Below, piece by piece: positions 51,648 through 62,220 of a stretch of DNA of 64,000 nucleotides (position 1 is the first letter of the stretch; each line of letters opens with the position of its first letter). A model generated the notes under the pieces. The model worked only from the letters and a program-made list of their open reading frames with translations, ran no database searches and had not been told where the DNA came from. The position numbers and the translations under genes were made by a program. Origin of the DNA: Felis catus (Eukaryota); assembly GCF_018350175.1 (NCBI RefSeq), contig NC_058368.1, positions 37,698,001 to 37,762,000 of the forward strand, written 5' to 3'.

Positions 51648-51858
51648 ATATATATATATACATATATATATATACATACTTATGTATATATACATATGTA
51701 CATATGTATATATGTACATATGTATATATATATGTATGTATATATATATGTATATATATGTACATATGTACATATGTATATATATGTATACATATGTATA
51801 TGTATATATATATGTATACATATGTACATATGTATATATATATATGTATATATATATA
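51648..51858. repeat. (TA)n/(TATG)n/(TACA)n expansion in the L1 inter-ORF spacer
   Basis: Directly visible. Confidence 0.95.
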
Positions 51859-51883
51859 TTTTTTTTTTTCATCTTTTCTGCCC

Positions 51884-52747
51884 TCAGAGAGTCCCCCTTA
51901 AAATTTGTTGCAGGGCTGGTTTAGTGGTCACAAACTCCTTTAATTTTTGTTTGTCTGGGAAACATTTTATCTCTCCTTCTATTTTGAATGACAACCTTGC
52001 TGGATATAGAATTCTTGGCTGCATATTTTTCTGATTCAGCACACTGAATATATCCTGCACTCCTCTGGCCTGCCAAGTTTCTGTGGATAGGTCTGCTGCA
52101 AATCTGATCTGTCTTCCCTTGTAGATAAGGGACTTTTTTACCCCTTGTTGACCTCATGATTCTCTCCTTGCCTGAGTATTTTGTGAATTTGATTATGATA
52201 TGCCTTGTTGATGGTCGGTTTTTGTTGAACCTAATGGGGTCCTCTGTGCTTCCTCGATTTTGATGTCTTTGTCTCTTCCGAGGTTAGGAAAGTTTCCCGC
52301 TATGATTTGCTCACATAGCCCTTCTACCCTAATTTCTCTCTGTTCCTCTTCTGGGACCCCTATGATTGATGTTGTTCCTTTTTAATGAGTCACTGGTTTC
52401 TCTGATTCTTAAATTGTGCTCTTTTGCCTTAATCTCCCTTTTTTTCTGCTTCATTATTCTCTATAAGTTTGTCCTCAGTATTGCTGATTCTCTGTTCTGC
52501 CTCATCCATCCTTGCCGCCGTGGCATCCATTCGTGATTGCAGCTCAGAGCATTTTTAATTTCATTCTATTTTACTTCTTTTATCTCCTCAGAAAGGGATT
52601 CTAATCTATTTTCAACTCCAGCTAGTATTCTTATTATCGTGATTCTAAATTCTGGTTCAGACATTTTGCTTGTGTCTGTGTTGGTTAAAACCTGGCCCTC
52701 GTTTCTTCGTGCTCTTTCTTTTGAGGTGAATTACTTTGTTTTGTCAT
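51884..52747 (-). pseudogene. L1 ORF1 (lineage A), frameshifted
   Basis: ATG at 52747 (atgacaaaacaaagtaattcacctcaaaag, NSPQKK motif) to TGA at 51884 after ...EILRGTL; no long open frame remains. Confidence 0.85.
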
Positions 52748-52830
52748 TTTGAAGGGAGAAAAGGAATTCATGAGGTAGAAAAATTGAAATTAAAAAAATT
52801 AAAATTACAAAAATATTAAAATTAAAAATT

Positions 52831-52867
<37 letters not shown>

Positions 52868-52962
52868 TCGAATAGGTGATGCTAGATCCTAGATGTGTTT
52901 TGGTTTGGGTGTTGAAAGTGGTTTGACAGATTAGAGAAAAAAAGGTGGGGGAAGAAAAAAAA

Positions 52963-53870
52963 AAAAGGAAATCATTTGAGAATTTGAAAAAAAGAATACA
53001 CTGAAGTAGAATAAAATGATATGATGGGGGTAAAATAGAATTTGAAAAAATATACACAAAAGTAAAGAATATACTTAAAAATTAAAGAAAAATACTTTTA
53101 AAAAAATTTTAACGTTTATTTATTTTTGAAACAGAGAGAGACAGAACATGAATGGGGGAGGGGCAGAGAGAGAGGGAGACACAGAACCCGAAGCAGGCTC
53201 CAGGCTCCGAGCCATCAGCCCAGAGCCCAACGTGGGGCTCGAACTCACGGACCGTGAGATCGTGACCTGAGCCAAAGTCGGACGCTTAACCGACTGAGCC
53301 ACCCAGGTGCCCCTAAAGAAAAATACTTTTAACAAAAATTAAAAATATACATGAACTTTTTCTTTTTCAGTATTAAGAAAATAGAAAAGAAATACAAAAG
53401 AGAAAAAAGAGAAAAAAAGGAAATTGTTTGAAAATTTGAAAAAGTGAATACACTGTAGTAGACTAAAATAAATGATGAAAGAAAGTAAAATAGAACTTGA
53501 AAAAAATTATATAAAAGTACAAAATATAGTAAGGAAAATAAAAATATTTTTAATAGAAATTGAAAGTAAAAATGAAGTTTTTCTCTATCTGCATTCAAGA
53601 AAAGAAATGAAAAAGAAGAAAAGAAAAAGAAGGAAACTAAAAAAGGAAATTGTTTGAAAATTTGAAAAGGTGAATACACTGAAGTAGACTAAAATAAAAT
53701 GATGGAAGTAAAGTAGAATTTAAAAAAAATGTATACAAAGGTTAAAATATAGTAATAAAAATTAAAAATATTTTTTATAAAAATTGAAAATAAAAATGAA
53801 TTTTTCCCTTATTCAAAAAGAGAAGTGTAAAAGAGAAAAAGAAAAAAAATGAAAGAAAATTGAATAGAGG
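52963..53870. repeat. Three ~225-bp AT-rich tandem monomers in the L1 5'UTR
   Basis: Unit start aaaaggaaat..tttga.aatttgaaaa...gaatacactg.agtaga at ~52963, ~53415 and ~53641; first unit split by a SINE. Confidence 0.85.
53102..53313 (-). mobile_element. Felid CanSINE inside L1 5'UTR
   Basis: Perfect 19-bp TSD taaagaaaaatacttttaa 53083-53101 / 53314-53332. Confidence 0.97.
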
Positions 53871-55114
53871 AACCTGCTAACAGATTGAAGTAGGACTGAA
53901 ATTACTTCATTTTCCCCTAGAAGTCAGTCTATGTAGAACTTGATAGTCCATAAACTAAGCCTATGGTGAGACTTGTGTTCTTGAAGAGTGAAGTTGGCCC
54001 AGTTGGGCGGGGCTCTGTAACAGCTCCGCTCTCCACTAGATGGCGCTGCTAGCCTACTGGGGTGGATTGTTGGAGTACTTGTAGGCGTGCATGCGCAGGA
54101 GCGGTGAAAATGGCACCACCCAGCTATCCAGTCTGTTTTCCCCAATCAGCAGTCGCGCACCTGTCTTCTGTCTTCAGCCTTTGTCCACTCCTGCTTTTTC
54201 ACTGTCCATGACCAGGCTCCAGGCAGTACCTCTCTCCCGAGTTTTGTCTTAGATGCAGCTGTTTTTCCCGGCCCCTTACTCCTGAAGGACTGCGGCTTTG
54301 ACCCATTCTGCCCCTCTGCAGGAGGGTCTCACCCAGCAATGGCTGATTGTCGGCTGCACCCAGAAACATTTGCTGGACCCTGCTGCTGCCAGTGCCCCGA
54401 GACTACGGCCAGGTGCCACCCCACCCCAGAAAAAGTTCGCGAGATAGTGTAGCAACAGCGTTTCAGGGATTATGGAAAATCACAACACACATCTGGCACC
54501 AGGCTTCACCCTTAATCACCTTGTTCCAGTACCAGTGAATGTGGCTGTTTTCTGGGGTCTGCTGGGACCAGGTGGCTTCAACAGTCTATACCAAATGTCC
54601 TTCTAGCAGTGGAACCGCTTTTCCCCATGTGGCCCAAGAACCTCCTGACCCCACTCTGTTCCTGGGGAATCACCTTTCCCACCAGAGCACCGCCAGGTAT
54701 GGAGTTGCAAAGTTGCCACCTTTGCGCTCCCCTTGTTTACAGTCTTAATGGAATTTAAACCCTCTCCTTTCTCCTTTCTCCCGTTTTAGTTTGGTCCCTG
54801 CGGCTGTTGCCTATTTTCCACTTTGTCTTCCACTGCTTTTGGGGAGGGTGCTTTTCCCGTATTCTCCCCTTTGCCCAGTCTGTCCTCTCTCCACCTGCAA
54901 AAGTGGTTGCCTACCCTCCACAGCTTCTGGCTCTCCAAATTCACCTCTCCACGCTGTGTACCTGCTGAATTCTGTGGTTCTGGTTGTGCAGATTGTTGTG
55001 TTAATCTTCCAATCAGTTTTCTAGGTGTGTAGGATGGTTTAGTCTGGCTGTATTTCATGGACGCAAGAAACACAAAAATCTTCCATGCTCTTCCACCATC
55101 TTGGCTCCTCCCCC

Positions 55115-56350
55115 TCCATAATTTTACCTTCTAATTCTCCTATTCTCTCCTCTGCCTCTTCAATCCGTGCTATGGTCTCCTCCATTTTATTTTGCACCTC
55201 ATTTATCACAATTTTTAGTTCCTCATGACTATTTTTTAGTCCCTTATTCTCTGTAGCAATAGATTCTCTGCTGTCCTCTATGCTTTTTTCAAGCCCAGCG
55301 ATTAATTTTATGACTTTTATTCTAAATTCGTGTTCCATTATATTGCTTAAATCATGTTTGATCAATTCGGTAGCTGTCGCTACTTCCTGGAGTTTCTTTT
55401 GAGGAGAATTCTTCTGTTTCATCATTTTGGCTAGTTCCTGCAGTAGCTCCAAACTGCAGGGCACTTCGCCTGTGCTGGCCAGAGAAACTTGTGTTGGTGG
55501 GCGGGGCCACAGTCAGACCCAATGTTTGCCCCCAGCCCATCGTTGGGACCACAGTCAGACTGGTGTGTACCTTGTCTTCCCCTTTCCCAGGGGCAGGACT
55601 CACTGTGGAGTGGTGTGGCCCCTGTCTGGGCTACTTGCACACTGCCAGGCTTGTGGTGCTGCTTTGATGGGATCTGGCCAAGGGTGTATTAGATGGGGTG
55701 GATCCGCAAGGTGCACAGGGGTGGGAGGTGACAGGCTTAGCTAGCTTTGTCTCCTGTGGGAGGGGCCCTGCATCAAAGGGAGGAAGGCAGACCTGTTGAG
55801 GGATGGAGCCCCAGAAGCACAGCATTGGGAGTTTGCGTGGTGTGAGCAAGATTGGTGACAGGAACTGGTTCCCTTTGGAATTTTGGCTGTGGGATGGGAG
55901 AGGGAAATGGCGCTTGCCAGCACCTTTGTTCCCCTGCCGAGCTCTGTCCTTCCAGGACTCAACAATTCTCCCTCCCGGCGTCCTGTAGCCCTCTCCGCTC
56001 TCCGAGAGCAGAGCTGTTGACTTTTAACATTCCAGATGTTAAGTCCCGCTGTCTGTCAGAACTCACGGAGTCCAGCCCCTCCACTTTTGCAAGCCAGACT
56101 TTGGGAGCTCTGCCTTGCCTGGCAGGCTGCTCCTCCACCGCCTGGCTCCCTCCCGCCAGTCCATGTAGTGCGCACCACCTCTCCCCTTTCCTACTCTCTT
56201 CTGCGTGCCTCTTGTCTAGGCTTGGCTCTGGAGAGTCTGTTCTGCTAGTCTTCTGGTGGTTTTCTGGGTTGTTTAGGCCCATGTGGGTGGAATCTTCGTG
56301 ATCAGCAGGACAAGATGAGCCCAGCATCCTCCTATGCCGCCATCTTCCTT
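55115..56350 (-). mobile_element. 5' fragment of a second felid L1 lineage (B): 5'UTR plus ORF1 N-terminus
   Basis: Starts ggaagatggcggcataggaggatgctgggctc on minus; ORF 55039-55464 gives KNSPQKKLQE...RIEEAEERIGELEGKIME; homologous to 60362-61590. Confidence 0.93.
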
Positions 56351-56544
56351 CTGGAAACTTTTTTCCTATCTCCTGTTGGCAGTTTCTTGGAGGCAAATGT
56401 GATAATCTTAAAAGTCACATTTCATATGGACTTATATACTGAAAGTTGATAATGAATGAATTTATTTTAATTCTGTCCCAAGCAAAAAATAAATGATCTG
56501 GATTTATTGTTTGTAAAGTGGCAGATTAATACCATTCTCCAATA

Positions 56545-56955
56545 AAAATGACAAGTTTTCATTGGAAAAATGGCTGATTCCAGGGTAGGTCAGGAAATAG
56601 ATAAGATGAGCTTGGAGCATCTTGTTCTACCAGAAAATAATGATGTGCTAATAAATTAACCAACCAGCCTACAAACCAACAAACAAAAACTTTTTTTTAA
56701 AAACTATTGATGAGGTAGGTCAAAGGAGGACAGGAGGCAACTTCATGGGCTTCCAGTGGCCGAAGTTGGAACTATCTGGCCATGTAAATCATGTATTTGT
56801 ACTATAACTTAGAATTTAAAATTAATATTCATATGTCCATACTGATATACATAAATGATTGATAAATCCATAAATGGAGGAAAAGAGACAAATCTCTCAT
56901 GTAGAATTCCAAATAATTTATATCAAATAATTTTATGTCATTAATGACTATCTCC
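56545..56955 (+). mobile_element. Ancient L1 3'UTR fragment (L1MC-like)
   Basis: 'ttggaaaaatggctgattccaggg...aagatgagcttggagcatcttg...ccagtggccgaagttggaac'. Confidence 0.7.
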
Positions 56956-57080
56956 CCCCACTACACTGTAAGCCCTCTGGTGGTAAGGATCATGTTTCTG
57001 TTTTCACCATTTTATCACCAATGATTTACTAAGTCCATGATACATAAAGGCTTATTAATTATTTGTGGGTTAAATGAATC
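56950..57080 (+). mobile_element. L2 3' end
   Basis: 'cccccactacactgtaagccc...ggatcatgtttctg...attatttgtgggttaaatgaat'. Confidence 0.65.
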
Positions 57081-57378
57081 AATTCAATGTCAAAAATAGG
57101 AATTTTATCAATGTAAAAATCTTGTGAATGACTGTGTGTGAATTTTATCAGTGTGAAAATCTTGTGTGAAATGTGAATGATTCACATTTTCAATGTGAAA
57201 ATCAATGTGAAAATAAAGTATATAGCTGATTTTCCCTTATATAAATAAAGAGTATGTTTTTCTGGCCATTTGAAAAACTCCACCTACACGATCAGTAGTT
57301 TCTATGCTTCCTTTTGCCTGCATAGGTACAATTTCATCCCAATGTGATCTATTTGGAAAGACTCATCCCTTTACTTTC

Positions 57379-57460
57379 TGTGGTAGGCAGAAAAATGGCC
57401 CCTTGATGATCTCCATTTCGATATTCCCAGAATCTGTGAATTTTGAACATAGGCAAAAAG
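57379..57460 (+). mobile_element. MLT1 LTR 5' fragment
   Basis: 'tgtggtaggcagaaaaatggcccc...cccagaatctgtgaat' matches MLT1C/D-like starts. Confidence 0.55.
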
Positions 57461-57480
57461 TCTAAAAGAGGAAACAGTTT

Positions 57481-57714
57481 TTTTTTTTTCTTGTAAGTAT
57501 TTTTTTTTTCAACGTTTATTTATTTTTGGGACAGAGAGAGACAGAGCATGAACGGGGGAGGGGCAGAGAGAGAGAGGGAGACTCAGAATCGGAAACAGGC
57601 TCGAGGCTCTGAGCCATCAGCCCAGAGCCCAACGCGGGGCTCGAACTCACGGACCACGAGATCGTGACCTGGCTGAAGTCGGACGCTTAACCGACTGCGC
57701 CACCCAGGCGCCCC
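57481..57714 (-). mobile_element. Young felid CanSINE with interrupted tail
   Basis: TSD aaaagaggaaacagttt 57464-57480 / aaaagaggaaatagttt 57717-57733; cttgtaagta between two T runs. Confidence 0.96.
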
Positions 57715-58723
57715 AAAAAAGAGGAAATAGTTTGTGACAGACCAGTGTTCTGCCATTTTCTAAATCAAATGTTGATACTGAATTCTACCTGAAGTCTCTG
57801 TTTTGTCATTTGACAACTTACCTTCCTTTCTCTTTGGAAGTAGAGTTTCAGTGGGGTCAGGTGATAAGCTAGCACCAGTGCTGGGACACTGGCATCGCCT
57901 TTCTCCATCTCTTGCAAAAGAAAAATCAATCTGAGCACCTTTGAGTGATCAGTAACATGGCTATATAGTGCTATATCTTTCTTATTATCATCTTGATGAA
58001 CTTCAGAGTTTCCTGGAGAAACTGTAGATAATAATGAAGTTGTTACTAGCTTTACAAGATTGGTATTAAATGTAAAATATCTAGATATCTGGTAGGTAGA
58101 AAACAGACATGGCCCTTCTTTCTGTGCCCTCTAACTGTGCAGATGTTGCAGTCACATTAAGAAGAATACCAATTTTCGTTTAAAACTGTGGGTTAGCAAA
58201 TTTAGAAGCTTGGTCTTGAACTTGGATGTTTTGATGGAATGGTATTTGATTCCTACCAGAGTACCAGATTTACTTTGAATACAGACAACATTGTATAACA
58301 CACAGAAATAACACGTTTAAAAATTGCTAATGCTACTACTTGAAAGTGTTTCTAGGACAAATTGAAAAACAAATAGGTATTAAAAGACTGTTGTTAAGGA
58401 AACTTCCTGGTGATAGGATTTGAACCAGTAGACTGGGAGAAGTAAATTGCTTCTATTGCTATACTTCTAAACTATTGTAATGAAAATTACAGTAGCAACA
58501 AAATAGCGCTACTTGGAATTCAAAAGGCACGGGCAGAAAAGGCAGAGATGAACTATATAATCTCAAGATCATACACTTCCAGGATGTTATTTGATTCCCT
58601 TTTTCATGTTAGAATGATCCGTTCTGTGCTGAAGAAATTTTTTTTCCAATATGTAGTTTGGTATGTACTTGAGTAGAATGGTCTTAAAAATGTTACTTAT
58701 TTAAAAATTAAAAAAAAAAATTG

Positions 58724-58950
58724 ATGGCGTGCTCAGGTGGCTCAGTTAAGCGTCTGACTTCGGCCCAGGTCATGATCTCGTGGTTTGAGTTCGAGCCCCG
58801 CATCAGGCTCTGTGCTAACAGCTCAGAGCCTGGAGCCTGCTTCAGATTCTGTGTCTCCTCCTCTCTCTGCCCTTTCCATGCTCATGCTATGTCTCTCTCT
58901 ATCTCTCAATAATAAAATAAAATAAAAATGTTAAAAAAATAAAAAAAATT
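58724..58950 (+). mobile_element. CanSINE
   Basis: ggtggctcagttaagcgtctgacttcggcccaggtcatgatctc...gagttcgagcccc, (CT)n, A tail. Confidence 0.93.
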
Positions 58951-61280
58951 AAATACATTAACTAATGAATGCATGACACTTATTTAATAAACACACTGTT
59001 GTCAAGAAGGATATTAACTGGAGAACGCTCTAAGCATTCATTACTCACCAAATGCTAAATGTTTGCCCAAATATTTTTCTATAATTGAGACTTGTGCCTA
59101 GTAATATAGTTTTAATCATATACTCAAAAACAGAAAAAATATTAAAAATAATAAAATACCTGCTGCATTACATTTTTATTAGTGTATAACTTGAAACATA
59201 ATTAATGAAATCTGGTATATTCTTGACTGTTTTCAGAATAAATACATTTAATAATACTGACCAGAAATAGTTTTATTTGCTGGATTTGAGGAAAAAACTT
59301 TCACGGAAGAGAATGATCAAAGCAAAGAGGGGGGAAAAAAGAAACAAAGGTAATGGAGGAAAAAAGAAAAATATCTATCTATTATCTGTTCAGGAAGTTA
59401 CTGAAAACTTACCCATCTCTTATTCTAGACAGTAGTGATTTTAGAATTGACCCAATTTCTGGATGAAAGAGTAGTTTAGGATCCTAGTTGACATGATAGA
59501 TGTTCCACTTGCTACAAAACATTATTGACTCAGATGTAAGTGAATGACTCAACTTGGACCAGTCAGAATTAATGTGGGTATTTTGGCTGAAACACTTCAC
59601 TGGGAAATATTAGAGATTTTCCAAAATTTTAAAAAAGTTTTTCTCAATGGTAAATACTTTCTAGTATTGCAAATCTTTATAGTATGTATTGGTGATGTGT
59701 TAGTATGGAGATACAGTGCCTACATTTACCACAATATATTGAGAAATGCCTACTAATTAAACTATTGTAGAGAAAATAGCGTCTACAGATGAAAAGACAT
59801 CTTTAATAGCAGTACCATTGTTTTTCATACCAAATAGAGCATACCTGAAAATAGATGTACACAAACTTTCTAAATTATGTCTTCTGTCCCTTGACACTAA
59901 TAATAGTGAAAAATACCCATGGAGATATCATAAATAGGTATAGCATTAATGGATAATAACACTTGGACTAGCCTGAGTCAGGAGAGATTGAGGAGTAGTT
60001 GGGATTACTACATGCCCTGCATGGAAGCCAACATACCTTTTAAGGGTTAGTGAAGCATTTGCTTGAACTTGCAACTCCTGTAAATTTAGGAAAACTTAGT
60101 TGGAGGGGTCAGGAGGGTTGATGTGTTAGAATGTTGTGACTGTGTCCTGTAATCTGCAGTAAAGTCCTATAGTAAAGGAAAATGTGTACTCATAACTGGG
60201 AATAGAGAGAAAAGAATATGTGACCTTACTAATGAAAGCCATTTAGCTCACATGCACCATTCCAGGGTGGCTGAAATCTGTATTACAACAACTGAATTTA
60301 CTGCTTTCCTTTCATTTAATAAGAAGTTAGGCAAGTATAAAGAAGTGTATTATAGAATCCTGGGAAGATGGCGGCGTAGGAGGATGCTGGGCTCACTACA
60401 CGTCCTGCTGATCACTTAGATTCCACCTACACCTGCCTAACTAATCCAGAAAACCACCAGAAGACTAGAAGAACGGACTCTCCGGAGACAAGCGCAGACG
60501 AGAGGCCCACGGAAGAGGGTAGGAAGGGCGGAGAGGCGGTGCCCGCTCCAGGGACTGGCGGGAGGGAGCCGGGTAGGAGGGGCGGCCTACCGGCCAAGCA
60601 GAGCCCAGAGTCTGGCTTGCAAAAGTGGAGGGGCCGGACAGAGTGTGTTCTGACAGCAAGTGGGACTTGACATCTGGAAGGTTATAAGCTAACAGCTCTG
60701 CTTGGAGAATGGGAGGGCTGGAGGACAACAGGAGGGAGAGTTGTTGAGCCCCGGAAGACAGAGCACAGCTTAGTGGGGAACAAAGACGCTCGCCAGCACC
60801 ATCTCCCTTACCCATACCCCAGCCAAAATCCCAAAGGGAACCAGTTCCTGTCAGGGAACTTGCCTGCACCACGCAAACACCAAATGGTGTGCATCTGCGG
60901 ATCCATCCCTCTGGCAGTGGGTCTGACTCCCTCCCGGTGCCACAGGGCCCCTCCCGAAGTGGATCTCCGAAGGAAAAACGAGCTGAGCCTACCCCTCCTG
61001 CCCCCGTGCAACTTGCCGATCCACCCCAGCTAATACGCCAGATCCCCAGCACCACAAGTCTGGCAGTGTGAAAGTAGCCCAGACGGGCCACGCCACCCCA
61101 CAATGAATCCCGCCCCTAGGAGAGGGGAAGAGAAGGCACACACCAATCTGACTGTGGCCCCAGTGGTGAGCTGGGGGCAGACATCAGGTCTGACTGTGGC
61201 CACACCCACCAATGCGAGTTATTCAAGACAACACAGGGGAAGTGCCCCACAGACCTGCACCACTCCAGGGACTATCCAAA

Positions 61281-62170
61281 ATGACCAAACAGAAGAATTC
61301 CCCTCAGAAAAACATCCAGGAAATAACAGCAGCTAATGAACTGATCGAAAATATTTAAACAATGTAACAGAAAGTGAATTTAGAATAATAGTCATAAAAT
61401 TAATCGCTGGGCTTGAAAACAGTATAGAGGATAGCAGAGAATCTCTTGGTACAGAGATCAAGGGACTAAGGACAGTCAGGAGGAGGTAAAAAATGCTATC
61501 AATGAGCTGCAAAATAAAATGAGACAACCACAGCTCGGATTGAAGAGGCAGAGGAGAGAATAGGTGAACTAGAAGATAAAGTTGTGGAAAAAGAAGAAGC
61601 TGAGAAAAAGAGAGAGAAAAAAATCCAGGAGGATGAGGGGAAAATTTGAGAACTAAGTGATGCACTAAAGAGAAATAATCTACGCATAATTGGTATTCCA
61701 GAGGAGGAAGAGAGAGGGAAAGGTGCTGAAGGTGTACTTGAAGAAATAATAGCTGAGAACTTCTCTGAACTGGGGAAGGAAAAAGACATTGAAATCCAAG
61801 AGGCACAGAGAACTCCCTTCAGATGTAACTTGAATTGATCTTCTGCACGACATATCATAGTGAAACTGGCAAAATACAAGGATAAAGAGAAAATTCTGAA
61901 AGCAGCTAGAGATAAACGTGCTCTAACATATAAAGGGAGACCTATAAGACTCGTGACGGATCTCTCTACTGAAACTTGGCAGGCCAGAAAGGAATGGCAG
62001 GAAATCTTCAATGTGATGAACAGAAAAAATATGCAGCTGAGAATCCTTTATCCATCAAGTCTGTAATATAGAATAGAAGGAGGGATAAAGGTCTTCCCAA
62101 ACAAAAAAAACTGAAGGAATTTGTCACCACTAAACCAGCCCTACATGAGATCCTAAGGGGGATCCTGTGA
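61281..62170 (+). pseudogene. L1 ORF1 (lineage B), disrupted
   Basis: atgaccaaacagaagaattcccctcag start; KLAKYKDKEKILKAARDKRALTYKGRPIRLVTDLS in ORF 61860-62066; ends gggatcctgtga; internal stops and frameshifts. Confidence 0.9.
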
Positions 62171-62220
62171 GACAAAGTACCAGAGAAATGGCTACAAGCA
62201 TGAAACCTACAGACATCACA

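Larger units (their letters stand above)
47540..55114 (-). mobile_element. Full-length but disrupted felid L1 (lineage A; 5'UTR starts gggggaggagccaagatgg)
   Basis: Continuous 5'UTR (55114-52750), ORF1, spacer, ORF2, 3'UTR and A-rich tail on the minus strand; no TSD found. Confidence 0.95.

Noticed and set aside
51396..52034. Long Y/I/M/C/V-rich ORFs (also 7168-7509, 22040-22263)
   Set aside because: Stop-free translations of TA/TG microsatellites.
52963..53870. Repeated units as a CRISPR-like array
   Set aside because: Whole-unit tandem monomers with no unique spacers, in mammalian L1 DNA with no cas genes.
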